DNA of 64,000 nucleotides from a virus. Location of the stretch: IMG/VR virus record IMGVR_UViG_3300005581_000008, positions 2,862 through 66,861 of that record; one strand, given 5' to 3'. The notes beneath the pieces are model-generated. The model ran no database searches. It was not told the DNA's origin and worked only from the letters and a program-made list of their open reading frames with translations. The translations under genes were made by a program, and so were the position numbers. Position 1 is the stretch's first letter; every line of letters starts with the position of its first letter. Shown one piece after another: positions 29,572 to 38,066 of the stretch.

Positions 29572-31450
29572 TAATAAAATTTTCGTAAAAGGTTCTTATC
29601 TGATAAAATTTATCATACTTTGGAGCAGTGGAAAACTTTAAAGAATTAACTCTTTCAGCCCATTGTTCATATATTGACTCTGGTACATCTAAATTTAATT
29701 GCTCTGCTAATTCTACTAAGAATTTTAAATAATCTTCCTGAAACACTACAGCACAAGATTGAAAAATATAACTTAAATTTGCAGACACATTTGTGTGTGG
29801 TAAATTATATTCTCTAAAATCTACAATCTCTTTTCTATTACCTGAAACTAATTCTTGCATCTGATCGCTAAGGTTTCTCATAGCCAAAAGATATTTATTA
29901 TCAGTATCGGACATAACCTTTTGGTATAGATGTCTAAACAGAATAGATGGTCTACTAATTTTACCAGATGCAATATTGGCATCGATAACAATTTTGGTGA
30001 AATCAAATAATGGTCTATTGTAGACGATCCAATAATTCACAAAGAAAAACTCAGTATACTCTTCTTCAGTGTATCCGTTGGCTTTAGTCACAAACTCCAC
30101 ATCTGAGATATAGACAGGATCATCGGATATATGATATTTAGAGAACTCATCTACATCGTTAAATTCATAGCTATTTAATCTAGACTTACCAACACAAACC
30201 CTTGCAGTTTTAATACCATGTTCTTTTTTATACTCTGGATCAAAGGCAGGAGAGTCTGGTAGCAGTAACCAAATATATCGTTCAAGTTGATATCCATGTT
30301 CGTACTGAAGATCTATCTCATCGTAAAAATCTTCCTTCGTGTATCCTGGAAGTCCAAGAATGAATTCAATATCTGAACGAACATCATATGTCTTTTCCAA
30401 GTATCTGGCAAACTCAAAATCTTTTTCTCTTGGTACATCAGTTCTTTTAATGTTTCGTAAAACTTTTTGACTAATAGACTGTAAACTAATTTTGTAACGA
30501 TTAACTGCGCCACATCTTGCCAATGGTTCAATAACAGCCCATCTTGCTTCTTGTTTAGATTTCGTTATACCAAATAGTTCAACTTGAGTTGGCAACCCAT
30601 ATATGTTCTTAGACTGCTCGATATAATTTGAAACATCAACATCTTCTTTGAATATTCCATAGTTTGCGTCAACAATTTGAACACCCTCAATACCAAACTG
30701 TGGGATATAATCTAGATCTTGTTTAATCATATCCAGTGGTTTACGAATAACCTTTCCACCGATACCACCACCCCACTCGCAAAACACGCAAGCATAGGGG
30801 CATCCTCTAGATAATTCTATTGGAAGAACAAGTGGAACATTGGCTTCCATTGCCAAATCTTTGCACTTGTAAATAATATCTTCATTTCCTGGGATCATTG
30901 CCTGAGGAAATTGAAATGTAACTTTATTTGGAGTTGGTCCACGACCAGTTCTAAAGATAGAAAACCTTACCTGTTTCCAATCAATATCACCTTCAGCATA
31001 TTGATTTAACATATCCTCAATAAACCACTCACCATAACTAGTAGGTTCACAGATAGCATCTACAAATTTATGACTAAAGAACCAGTCTAGTTTATTGTGA
31101 GTTATACCTAAGTGTGGTCCACCAATTACAATAATTCGTTTCGGGTTTCTATTTTTAATCTCTTTCGCAATTGCCATAATTGCCATATGGCTCCATACAT
31201 AACTAGAAAACAAATAGATGTCAGAATCTTGTTTATCGTAATAGTTTACGATATCATCGAAACTCATTCCTTCAACATCTAAAACTGGTTCTTGCCAAAT
31301 TACATTTGACGAATACTTACCATTTTTAGTATAGTAGTTCTTGAAGTTTAACCAATGGATCGGTAACCTAATAACAGGTGATCTTAGTTCAACTGTTAAG
31401 TATGAGATTTTTATGGATTTTCTGGGTGGCTTCAACATAATCTGTTTCAC
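29546..31450 (-). CDS. Cobalamin-binding-domain radical SAM enzyme (class B-like)
   Basis: B12-domain-like FSSYVWS...IVIGGPH; ELSRGCPYACVFC (CxxxCxxC); DANYG; ILGLPG. True start may be the second Met (31438). Confidence 0.85.
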   Translation of the reverse strand: MKQIMLKPPRKSIKISYLTVELRSPVIRLPIHWLNFKNYYTKNGKYSSNVIWQEPVLDVEGMSFDDIVNYYDKQDSDIYLFSSYVWSHMAIMAIAKEIKNRNPKRIIVIGGPHLGITHNKLDWFFSHKFVDAICEPTSYGEWFIEDMLNQYAEGDIDWKQVRFSIFRTGRGPTPNKVTFQFPQAMIPGNEDIIYKCKDLAMEANVPLVLPIELSRGCPYACVFCEWGGGIGGKVIRKPLDMIKQDLDYIPQFGIEGVQIVDANYGIFKEDVDVSNYIEQSKNIYGLPTQVELFGITKSKQEARWAVIEPLARCGAVNRYKISLQSISQKVLRNIKRTDVPREKDFEFARYLEKTYDVRSDIEFILGLPGYTKEDFYDEIDLQYEHGYQLERYIWLLLPDSPAFDPEYKKEHGIKTARVCVGKSRLNSYEFNDVDEFSKYHISDDPVYISDVEFVTKANGYTEEEYTEFFFVNYWIVYNRPLFDFTKIVIDANIASGKISRPSILFRHLYQKVMSDTDNKYLLAMRNLSDQMQELVSGNRKEIVDFREYNLPHTNVSANLSYIFQSCAVVFQEDYLKFLVELAEQLNLDVPESIYEQWAERVNSLKFSTAPKYDKFYQIRTFYENFINEKHSAIS

Positions 31451-32441
31451 TGTTTATTTTAATAATTCTTGGAGCCAACTGTTTCATATGAACACAGTGC
31501 TCTTCAACCATATCATGGTGTTTTAAATCTTTAATTGTTTTCTTGCACCCATTACAAATTGCAAACATTGGGCAACCGATACACTCATCCTTTAACGAAT
31601 ATAGTTCTGGAGCATCTTGTAGTGGTGTAATAAATCCACCTTCTTTAACTTCCTTTACAAAGTTAATAGGGTATTCTTTATCATCACCCATCGCTCCACA
31701 AGAATAATAATCTCCCTCTGGATTCAATGCTCTTATATGATCATCACAATTTCTTGCTTGAGGACAAACATTGGCAATATTATTCAGACGAGTCATCATC
31801 TGTTTTGTATTAAACTCCCAATGCCAAAGATCTTTCTCGTATATCTCTATGTACGCTTCGTATATCTTACTTAGGCGATAAGGTTTATCCTGTTCACCAG
31901 AAGCCATGGCATAGTTTAACTTACATTGAACATCCATCTTCTTGGCTAACTCTACATGTTTAATTGCATGTTTCTCATTCTCTTCAGAGATAACAGCAAT
32001 AAATCCTGGGCGATAACCAATCTCTTTTAGAAACAAATTACTGACATTCCAAAAGTCTTTTTCAGTATAGACTCGGTTCTCGTTAATCTTACGACCAAAT
32101 CCATATTGAAAACTTGTGGTGACTCCGACTCTTGGATGTTTGAACAAAGGTGTCCACATCTCTGGTTTCTTGTAGAATGCCCAAAGATTAGTAGTCAATC
32201 CTAAAGTTGTTATAAGTTTGTGTTCTTCGATATAATCAAGAATCTCAAAATAATACTCTGGCTTTACCATTAATGGATCACCACCATTAACAATAATCGT
32301 ATTTGTGTTTGGAAATCTTTTTAAAAAATCGAATACATGCTGTAAATCAAGTGTGCTGGTTTTGTCTTCTACAAGTTTAGTGGATGAACAAAAGGTACAC
32401 TTAAAATTACATAGTTCCGTTGGTTTGATTATCAGTTCCAT
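31389..32441 (-). CDS. Radical SAM/SPASM-domain enzyme
   Basis: KPTELCNFKCTFC, NGGDP; C-terminal C...NPEGDYYSC...CIGCPMFAICNGC...C. Confidence 0.9.
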   Translation of the reverse strand: MELIIKPTELCNFKCTFCSSTKLVEDKTSTLDLQHVFDFLKRFPNTNTIIVNGGDPLMVKPEYYFEILDYIEEHKLITTLGLTTNLWAFYKKPEMWTPLFKHPRVGVTTSFQYGFGRKINENRVYTEKDFWNVSNLFLKEIGYRPGFIAVISEENEKHAIKHVELAKKMDVQCKLNYAMASGEQDKPYRLSKIYEAYIEIYEKDLWHWEFNTKQMMTRLNNIANVCPQARNCDDHIRALNPEGDYYSCGAMGDDKEYPINFVKEVKEGGFITPLQDAPELYSLKDECIGCPMFAICNGCKKTIKDLKHHDMVEEHCVHMKQLAPRIIKINSETDYVEATQKIHKNLILNS

Positions 32442-33414
32442 GCGTCACTTTATATTTACTAAGCCATTCTGTATTATCTTTGTTCTGTAGAATTGCGTTC
32501 CAAAAAATTGGATTTACAGAATCAAAGTTGGAAAGATTTGGGAATACCAATTGGTGTTGTGAAGCAAAGACTGGATCTAAAATGTAATCTGCAACCAACT
32601 CCCTTTTCGATAATCCCTTAATAGAATTAACGATGTCGCCATATTCTTGTGTATTATTCACTACGCTAAAGAAGTGGTTGCCATAATCATATCCATAAAC
32701 TTCTTTGATAGTATTATGGATGCCATCAACTGGCATTAATTCATTGATATCAAATTTGGTTAGATAAGAATCAATATACTCTGCGTTTGTTAAGTTTGCG
32801 ATAGTATATTCATCATTAGTCATAATTGCTGGAAGGGTCTGTTCAGCAAATTTTAACCAAAATCCTGGAGATCCATCGTACATCGCATCAACACGATCTA
32901 TACAAAAATCCAGTGACTGTTCGTCACCTTGAATTGCATTGGCATATTCTATTTCTACTCTAACATATTCTAGAGAAGCAGCAAACTCTGAAGTCTTTGG
33001 TGCTAAGTTTAATTGTTCTGGTAATTCAATACGAGTAACTTCTCTTAATCCAGTAACTTGTAGTCCATAGTTATAACTTCCAAGACCATAGTTTTCTTTT
33101 AACCTATCATAAGAATACATTTCGTTAAGAGCAGTTTCGTTTAGTACAGCACCAAAGAAAAAAGAATATACATACTGAAATGTTTCATCATCACAATATA
33201 TGATAGTTTTTACATTTGAGAAGTCTTCATGAATATCTGCAAATAATTGATCTAGTATAACAGGTGTTACAGTCTTATAAATTTTGTAGATATCAAAACA
33301 ATTGTTTATTTGAGGATCATCAATATTTTTATGATCACCAAGCCATACATGTTTAGCAGTTTCTACAATATTATTTGTAGTTGAGAGATAGCAGTTGTCG
33401 AATAGAAATATCAT
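32407..33414 (-). CDS. Hypothetical protein (radical SAM cassette), likely paralogue of 33411-34292
   Basis: Overlaps both neighbours; MIFLFDNCY and IIYCDDETF motifs. Confidence 0.7.
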   Translation of the reverse strand: MIFLFDNCYLSTTNNIVETAKHVWLGDHKNIDDPQINNCFDIYKIYKTVTPVILDQLFADIHEDFSNVKTIIYCDDETFQYVYSFFFGAVLNETALNEMYSYDRLKENYGLGSYNYGLQVTGLREVTRIELPEQLNLAPKTSEFAASLEYVRVEIEYANAIQGDEQSLDFCIDRVDAMYDGSPGFWLKFAEQTLPAIMTNDEYTIANLTNAEYIDSYLTKFDINELMPVDGIHNTIKEVYGYDYGNHFFSVVNNTQEYGDIVNSIKGLSKRELVADYILDPVFASQHQLVFPNLSNFDSVNPIFWNAILQNKDNTEWLSKYKVTHGTDNQTNGTM

Positions 33415-34292
33415 ACTAAGATACCCATTTGTTGAATTTCATGCTTTGGCATTTTTAATAACCATCGTAATAACCAAATGTCAATCTTATCGCCCATATT
33501 TTTGTTTGCCGATAACAACAGTAAAAACAGTGGATCTTTTATCATCTCTGAAATGTTATTAATGCTGTAGTATTTTAAAATAGTAGGATCTGTGAATGTA
33601 TTAAATTCTTTTCGCATTTCCATATACAAATCTTTCATAGAAACTACTGTGTCAAATGAAGCATTTCTATAATCACTAACCCAAGAATTATTCGGTTCTT
33701 TTCTTGATAAGTATTTGGCTTTCGCTTCTGGGTAGAAAGAATACACATATCGATTAACAATATTATCAATAGTGCTATAATCTCCAGAAGCCACTTTCCA
33801 TTCAACACCTGCGTTTTGTTTAACCCAAGTTTCTGATAGTTTAAATGGATCATCTTCAGGAATGTCTTCTAATGACATAAACATATCAGAAAGAACTTTT
33901 ATATTAGCTCTGCTTGTTTGAGATTGCATTAACTTTGCTCTTGTATTTAAACGAAGTGCAAAAAGTTTGGCAGCATCTAAGAAAAACTCTTTACTTAAAT
34001 TTGTAACTTGAGTTTTTAATTTAGCAGTAAAGAATTTTACAAAACTATCGTTATCAGCGTATATCACAAACGCTTGTTTATTACTTAAAACTAATTCTAG
34101 TATTCCGCTAGAAGCAAAATGTTCAAAACAAGAAAATCTTTGAAAGGCATCTTTTGGACTAGAATTGTTATAATAAAAACTATTAGTTACTACAGGAGTA
34201 TTGGTGTGGTCTTTTCCTACCACCAAATATTGTTTTGTTGGATCAAATAATTCTACAGGATAAACATAACAAGAATTAAATAAGTGTAGCAT
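33411..34292 (-). CDS. Hypothetical protein (radical SAM cassette)
   Basis: Overlaps both neighbours; MLHLFNSCY and VIYADNDSF motifs. Confidence 0.7.
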   Translation of the reverse strand: MLHLFNSCYVYPVELFDPTKQYLVVGKDHTNTPVVTNSFYYNNSSPKDAFQRFSCFEHFASSGILELVLSNKQAFVIYADNDSFVKFFTAKLKTQVTNLSKEFFLDAAKLFALRLNTRAKLMQSQTSRANIKVLSDMFMSLEDIPEDDPFKLSETWVKQNAGVEWKVASGDYSTIDNIVNRYVYSFYPEAKAKYLSRKEPNNSWVSDYRNASFDTVVSMKDLYMEMRKEFNTFTDPTILKYYSINNISEMIKDPLFLLLLSANKNMGDKIDIWLLRWLLKMPKHEIQQMGILV

Positions 34293-35037
34293 CGGCTTCT
34301 TTGATCATTGAATTTAATTGTTGTGGGGTAAATTTAGCGTCTAAAATAATTTTTAAAATTGGGAAAAACAAACATGTTTTAGAAGACAGATAATAGGTTA
34401 ATGTTTTACCAGAATATATTGGTCTATCAAAATAGAAATCAAAATATTTTAAATCGTCAAACTTTGGTAATGAACCATAGTAATGGAAATTAAATGCTTC
34501 ATTTAGTAAGATATTTACAAAAGTTTTTCCAACTTCTTGTTTCTCAGTTACAATATTATTTGTAATAAAATCGCCATGCACCTCATGATACGAATTCAAA
34601 TTCTTTATCGCTAATAGTATAATTCCATCTAGCAAATCAGCCAACTGTTTTATTAAATCTTTATTCTGTTCTACAAATAATGCAATGTCACCATTGGATA
34701 AAATACTTTTTTGAAGAAAAGGTTTATCATCTTCTGATTTATCAACTAAAGATAGATCGTATCCTTTATACAAAAATAAAGATTTAAGAACTGCTGCTTC
34801 TAATTGTTCAATATGGCATGTTGAATTGTGTTTAATAAATTCGCAAATCAAATCACTTTTTTCATCGTAAGCAATATCTGTGAAATCAATATTCAAATTT
34901 TCATATTTTAGATTACTAAGATATGTAATAAAGTTCTTACCTTTAATTTTTGAATTGGCATAGTCAATGGCTGGAGATTTTATATCTCCAGTTATAATAT
35001 GTTTTAAAACTTCAGAGTCAAATGGTATAGTGTACAT
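34276..35037 (-). CDS. Hypothetical protein (radical SAM cassette)
   Basis: Start moved from the track's 35067 to 35037 (MYTIPFD), which gives a TAATG overlap with the stop of the putative precursor gene. Confidence 0.7.
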   Translation of the reverse strand: MYTIPFDSEVLKHIITGDIKSPAIDYANSKIKGKNFITYLSNLKYENLNIDFTDIAYDEKSDLICEFIKHNSTCHIEQLEAAVLKSLFLYKGYDLSLVDKSEDDKPFLQKSILSNGDIALFVEQNKDLIKQLADLLDGIILLAIKNLNSYHEVHGDFITNNIVTEKQEVGKTFVNILLNEAFNFHYYGSLPKFDDLKYFDFYFDRPIYSGKTLTYYLSSKTCLFFPILKIILDAKFTPQQLNSMIKEADATLI

Positions 35038-35558
35038 TAAATACTTCCGTGGCAAGATCCATGGCAATTACTATGACAGTAAAATTCTTCTATGGTAACT
35101 GTGGTAGTTCTATTAGTATCTATTGCAGTTGATAGCAAAGCAACGAAAGCATCTAAATCAGAAACAGTAATAGTGTCTCCACCCTCTACTCCAATAAGAG
35201 GATCTGGCGCAATTTGATAAGTTTCACTAAGGCTAGTTATATTAGTCTCGTTAAATTGTAAAGAAGATCTTGGATTCCCACCATTTTGATACCACTTCAA
35301 TAAATTAACAGATCGTATTCTTGATAATAACTGCGCATAGTTTTTAAAATTTGTGGTTATTGTAGAAGCAACCACATTAGTATCTGAGATCTCGGAAGCA
35401 AAACTAGCAGGTATTGTTAAATCAGCTGCTGTGGCTGGTGCCTGAGAAAAAGGATTGGTCGTAGCTGACCATACAATACCAGTATTGTATAATGTCTTTA
35501 ATGCTTCCATCGATTCAACGATGTTTGCTTTTGTTATATTATCGCCAGCTGTTGTCAT
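35037..35558 (-). CDS. Putative radical SAM substrate: 173-aa protein with C-terminal (CHxx)3 core
   Basis: Ends EEFYCHSNCHGSCHGSI; all its Cys and His residues lie in the last 13 aa; overlaps the upstream SPASM enzyme gene. Confidence 0.65.
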   Translation of the reverse strand: MTTAGDNITKANIVESMEALKTLYNTGIVWSATTNPFSQAPATAADLTIPASFASEISDTNVVASTITTNFKNYAQLLSRIRSVNLLKWYQNGGNPRSSLQFNETNITSLSETYQIAPDPLIGVEGGDTITVSDLDAFVALLSTAIDTNRTTTVTIEEFYCHSNCHGSCHGSI

Positions 35559-36618
35559 TCTTTAACCTTTGCATTAGTGTTTTCGGTGCTGCACAGATAT
35601 CTCCTTGCCATTTCAATTGATGGCAGTCGCTATTGCAGATATCAAATACATCACAGGTATAGCAACGAGGGTCTCTTTCTATCTCGCATGTAATGTTATT
35701 TATTCTTCCTCTGGCGGAGAGTAAAGTTCTAATAGGTTGAGATATATCTCCAAACCCATTACCCACTGCAGCATTCGGACATCCAGCCACAGTTCCATCG
35801 GCATTAATCGTAAAGATTTTCTGTTCACAATCTCTACATCTAACTCCACCATGTATTCCCTTAGTTATAGAGGAATACACACCTTCCAGTAGGACATCTT
35901 TATATTTAGGTTTTATTGTCTGATAGGTTTCATGCATTCTAACAAACCAATCGTCTTGGTCTTTATTTGCAGGAAAGATATGTGTATTTTCTAGAGCCGA
36001 TCCATCGTGGGTTAGTCGTTCAAACTGCACCCAATTAACACCTAGCGTATTCAGCCAGAGAACTAACTCAGTGGTATCCATCTCCATTAGTTGTTTATTA
36101 AGGCTAATATTCAGTGTAATATTATGCCCAGCATCTACTACAGTTTGAAGATTCTTTCGCCAGAGGTTTTCTTGTTTATCATTCTCAAATCGAATACCTT
36201 TATCCCACGAAGTGCAGAATCCATTTTTAAGAACAGTTTTGAAAAACTGCATATGATCTTCAGTTAGATTAAAACATAGATTTGTAGAGCAAGACCAGTT
36301 AAGATTCGGGAATAATTTTGATACTTTATCCCAGACATAATACATATCATCCAGCGGAGCAAGGAATGGTTCTCCTCCATGAAATGTAATATTCCCACCA
36401 TTGAAAGATGGGCATTCCTCGTGGAGTCGTTCAAACCACTCTACAGTATGTTCGGGATTAAAGTATATCTTTTTGCCGTTGGCACCATTTGTAAAACAGT
36501 GTTGGCAATTAAGTTGACAAGTTTCTGTGGTCTTGAGATAGACCACTAAATCTTTTGGGATTAATATATCTGAAAGAGATACATCTGTCTTATGAAAGAC
36601 AATTGGTTGAGTTATCAT
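35539..36618 (-). CDS. Radical SAM/SPASM-domain enzyme
   Basis: KTTETCQLNCQHC, FHGGEP; SPASM-like C...INADGTVAGCPN...CYTCDVFDICNSDC...C. Confidence 0.92.
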   Translation of the reverse strand: MITQPIVFHKTDVSLSDILIPKDLVVYLKTTETCQLNCQHCFTNGANGKKIYFNPEHTVEWFERLHEECPSFNGGNITFHGGEPFLAPLDDMYYVWDKVSKLFPNLNWSCSTNLCFNLTEDHMQFFKTVLKNGFCTSWDKGIRFENDKQENLWRKNLQTVVDAGHNITLNISLNKQLMEMDTTELVLWLNTLGVNWVQFERLTHDGSALENTHIFPANKDQDDWFVRMHETYQTIKPKYKDVLLEGVYSSITKGIHGGVRCRDCEQKIFTINADGTVAGCPNAAVGNGFGDISQPIRTLLSARGRINNITCEIERDPRCYTCDVFDICNSDCHQLKWQGDICAAPKTLMQRLKNDNSWR

Positions 36619-36624
36619 GAAGCA

Positions 36625-37842
36625 TTATAAAATTACACATTCAACAAGTTTAACATTAACATCTTCATTTGTTTCTAATGCTATTGCAAAACTATTATTC
36701 GTATCACCGAAGAATGCTTTACCGTCTTGATTACAAATTAGTGGTTGTCCTTTACGGATTGGTCCAATAACTTTAACTGGCACACGACCACGAAGGGCAA
36801 TAGCCTGTCCTTCTAATTCATCGTTCATAATGAAAGCTGGGTTTGTAGACACAACACCAAGAACTCTTTGTCCAGAAGTATAGGAAGCAGTACCTTCAGC
36901 GTCGCCAGCAGATGCAACAACAATAACTGTTCCAGGTTCATATTCTTGATCAGTTGTATATTTTTCTGCCAAGTCAGCGTATTTAGCGGAAGTTGCAGTA
37001 CCGTAAATAGTACCAAACCTATTTACTGATTGTCCAATATCACCTGTGCCATCTGTACCAGATTTTAAAATTTGAGAAACTGTAGGAGTTTGACTCCCAT
37101 CAATAGTAATATTACCAGCAACACCATTTGCATTTGTTAATGCGATATTTGTTCCAGCAGTTAATGTTCTGGTAGTTGATGTTCCAGAACCAGTTCTAAC
37201 AACTAAACCAGTTGTTGTTAGAGCAGACAATGCAACTAACTCTGCAGAATATCCTTGCACATCTAAACCTACAACTAGTCCAAGATTAGTTCTTGCCTGT
37301 GCTGCATCAGATGCACCAGTACCGCCATCAGCAAGTGCCAAGTCAGTAATACCACTAATAGTACCACCAGTTATAGTTACACTATTAGATGCTTGCGTGG
37401 CGATGTTACCAAGTCCAAGAGCAGTTCTTGCATTGGCAGCAGTATTAGCACCAGTGCCACCATTTTCAAGTGCCACGATACCTGTAACATTGTTTGCGTT
37501 ACCACTTAAAGAACCAGTAAAAACACCAGTAACATTACCTGTTAAATTACCAACAAAAGAAGTAGCAGTAATAGTACCTGCAGCAAAATTTCCAGAAGAA
37601 TCACGACGAACAAGAGTGCTAGCAGTATTAGTAGTGGCTTGTTCAAAACCATCAACAGTGTCCGCATCTAAACCAGAGCCAGACCCATCTACTGTTTTAA
37701 TTTTAGTTAAAACATCAGCAGCTGTATACAAGGCGGAATCTAGTTTAGATCCAACCTCAGTGTTTAGGTTACTGAAATTAGCATCTGCCTCTGCAATCGT
37801 TAATGGACTGCCTTTAGTTGTTCTTAATACGATTACCGCCAT
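36625..37842 (-). CDS. Fibre protein with C-terminal auto-cleaving chaperone-like domain
   Basis: KGSPLTIAEADANFSNLN head; GSGLDADTVDG; GGTGA...ARTxLG repeats; YADLAEKY...GVVSTNPA...LRGRVPVKV. Confidence 0.78.
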   Translation of the reverse strand: MAVIVLRTTKGSPLTIAEADANFSNLNTEVGSKLDSALYTAADVLTKIKTVDGSGSGLDADTVDGFEQATTNTASTLVRRDSSGNFAAGTITATSFVGNLTGNVTGVFTGSLSGNANNVTGIVALENGGTGANTAANARTALGLGNIATQASNSVTITGGTISGITDLALADGGTGASDAAQARTNLGLVVGLDVQGYSAELVALSALTTTGLVVRTGSGTSTTRTLTAGTNIALTNANGVAGNITIDGSQTPTVSQILKSGTDGTGDIGQSVNRFGTIYGTATSAKYADLAEKYTTDQEYEPGTVIVVASAGDAEGTASYTSGQRVLGVVSTNPAFIMNDELEGQAIALRGRVPVKVIGPIRKGQPLICNQDGKAFFGDTNNSFAIALETNEDVNVKLVECVIL

Positions 37843-38066
37843 TATCGTTCCTTATTGATAAGAGAGATTAATAATTGTTTAATCTCTGCAACATCTGTTT
37901 TTAAATTTTGTATATCATTAGAGTTTGAACTAATCTTTTCTTGCAAACTCTTTTGGGCATTCATCTTAGCCATATAATTCATATAATCAGTGGCATTAGT
38001 ATTTATCACTGCGCCACTAGATATATCTCTAGCTAACCCATCTTTGTCTTTTATTTTTACTAACAT
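37842..38066 (-). CDS. Small coiled-coil protein
   Basis: LARDISSGAVIN...IQNLKTDVAEIKQLL; start placed at the TAATG overlap (38066). Confidence 0.65.
   Translation of the reverse strand: MLVKIKDKDGLARDISSGAVINTNATDYMNYMAKMNAQKSLQEKISSNSNDIQNLKTDVAEIKQLLISLINKER

Noticed and set aside
35038-35067. Track start of the 263-aa ORF at 35067
   Set aside because: It would overlap the precursor core in another frame; the ATG at 35037 gives the TAATG coupling used throughout this region.
28200-36618. Cassette as a DNA-modification (7-deazaguanine/QueE), NrdG activase or MoaA/PqqE cofactor pathway
   Set aside because: No queC/queD/folE/dpdA, nrdD or cofactor partners are present. The SPASM domains, the adjacent Cys/His-tailed ORF and the late structural context fit peptide/protein modification better, though this is not formally excluded.
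36590-36625. 11-codon ORF (MLHDNSTNCLS) starting at the TAATG overlap with the fibre stop, out of frame with the first rSAM gene
   Set aside because: Too short to distinguish from chance; no independent evidence.
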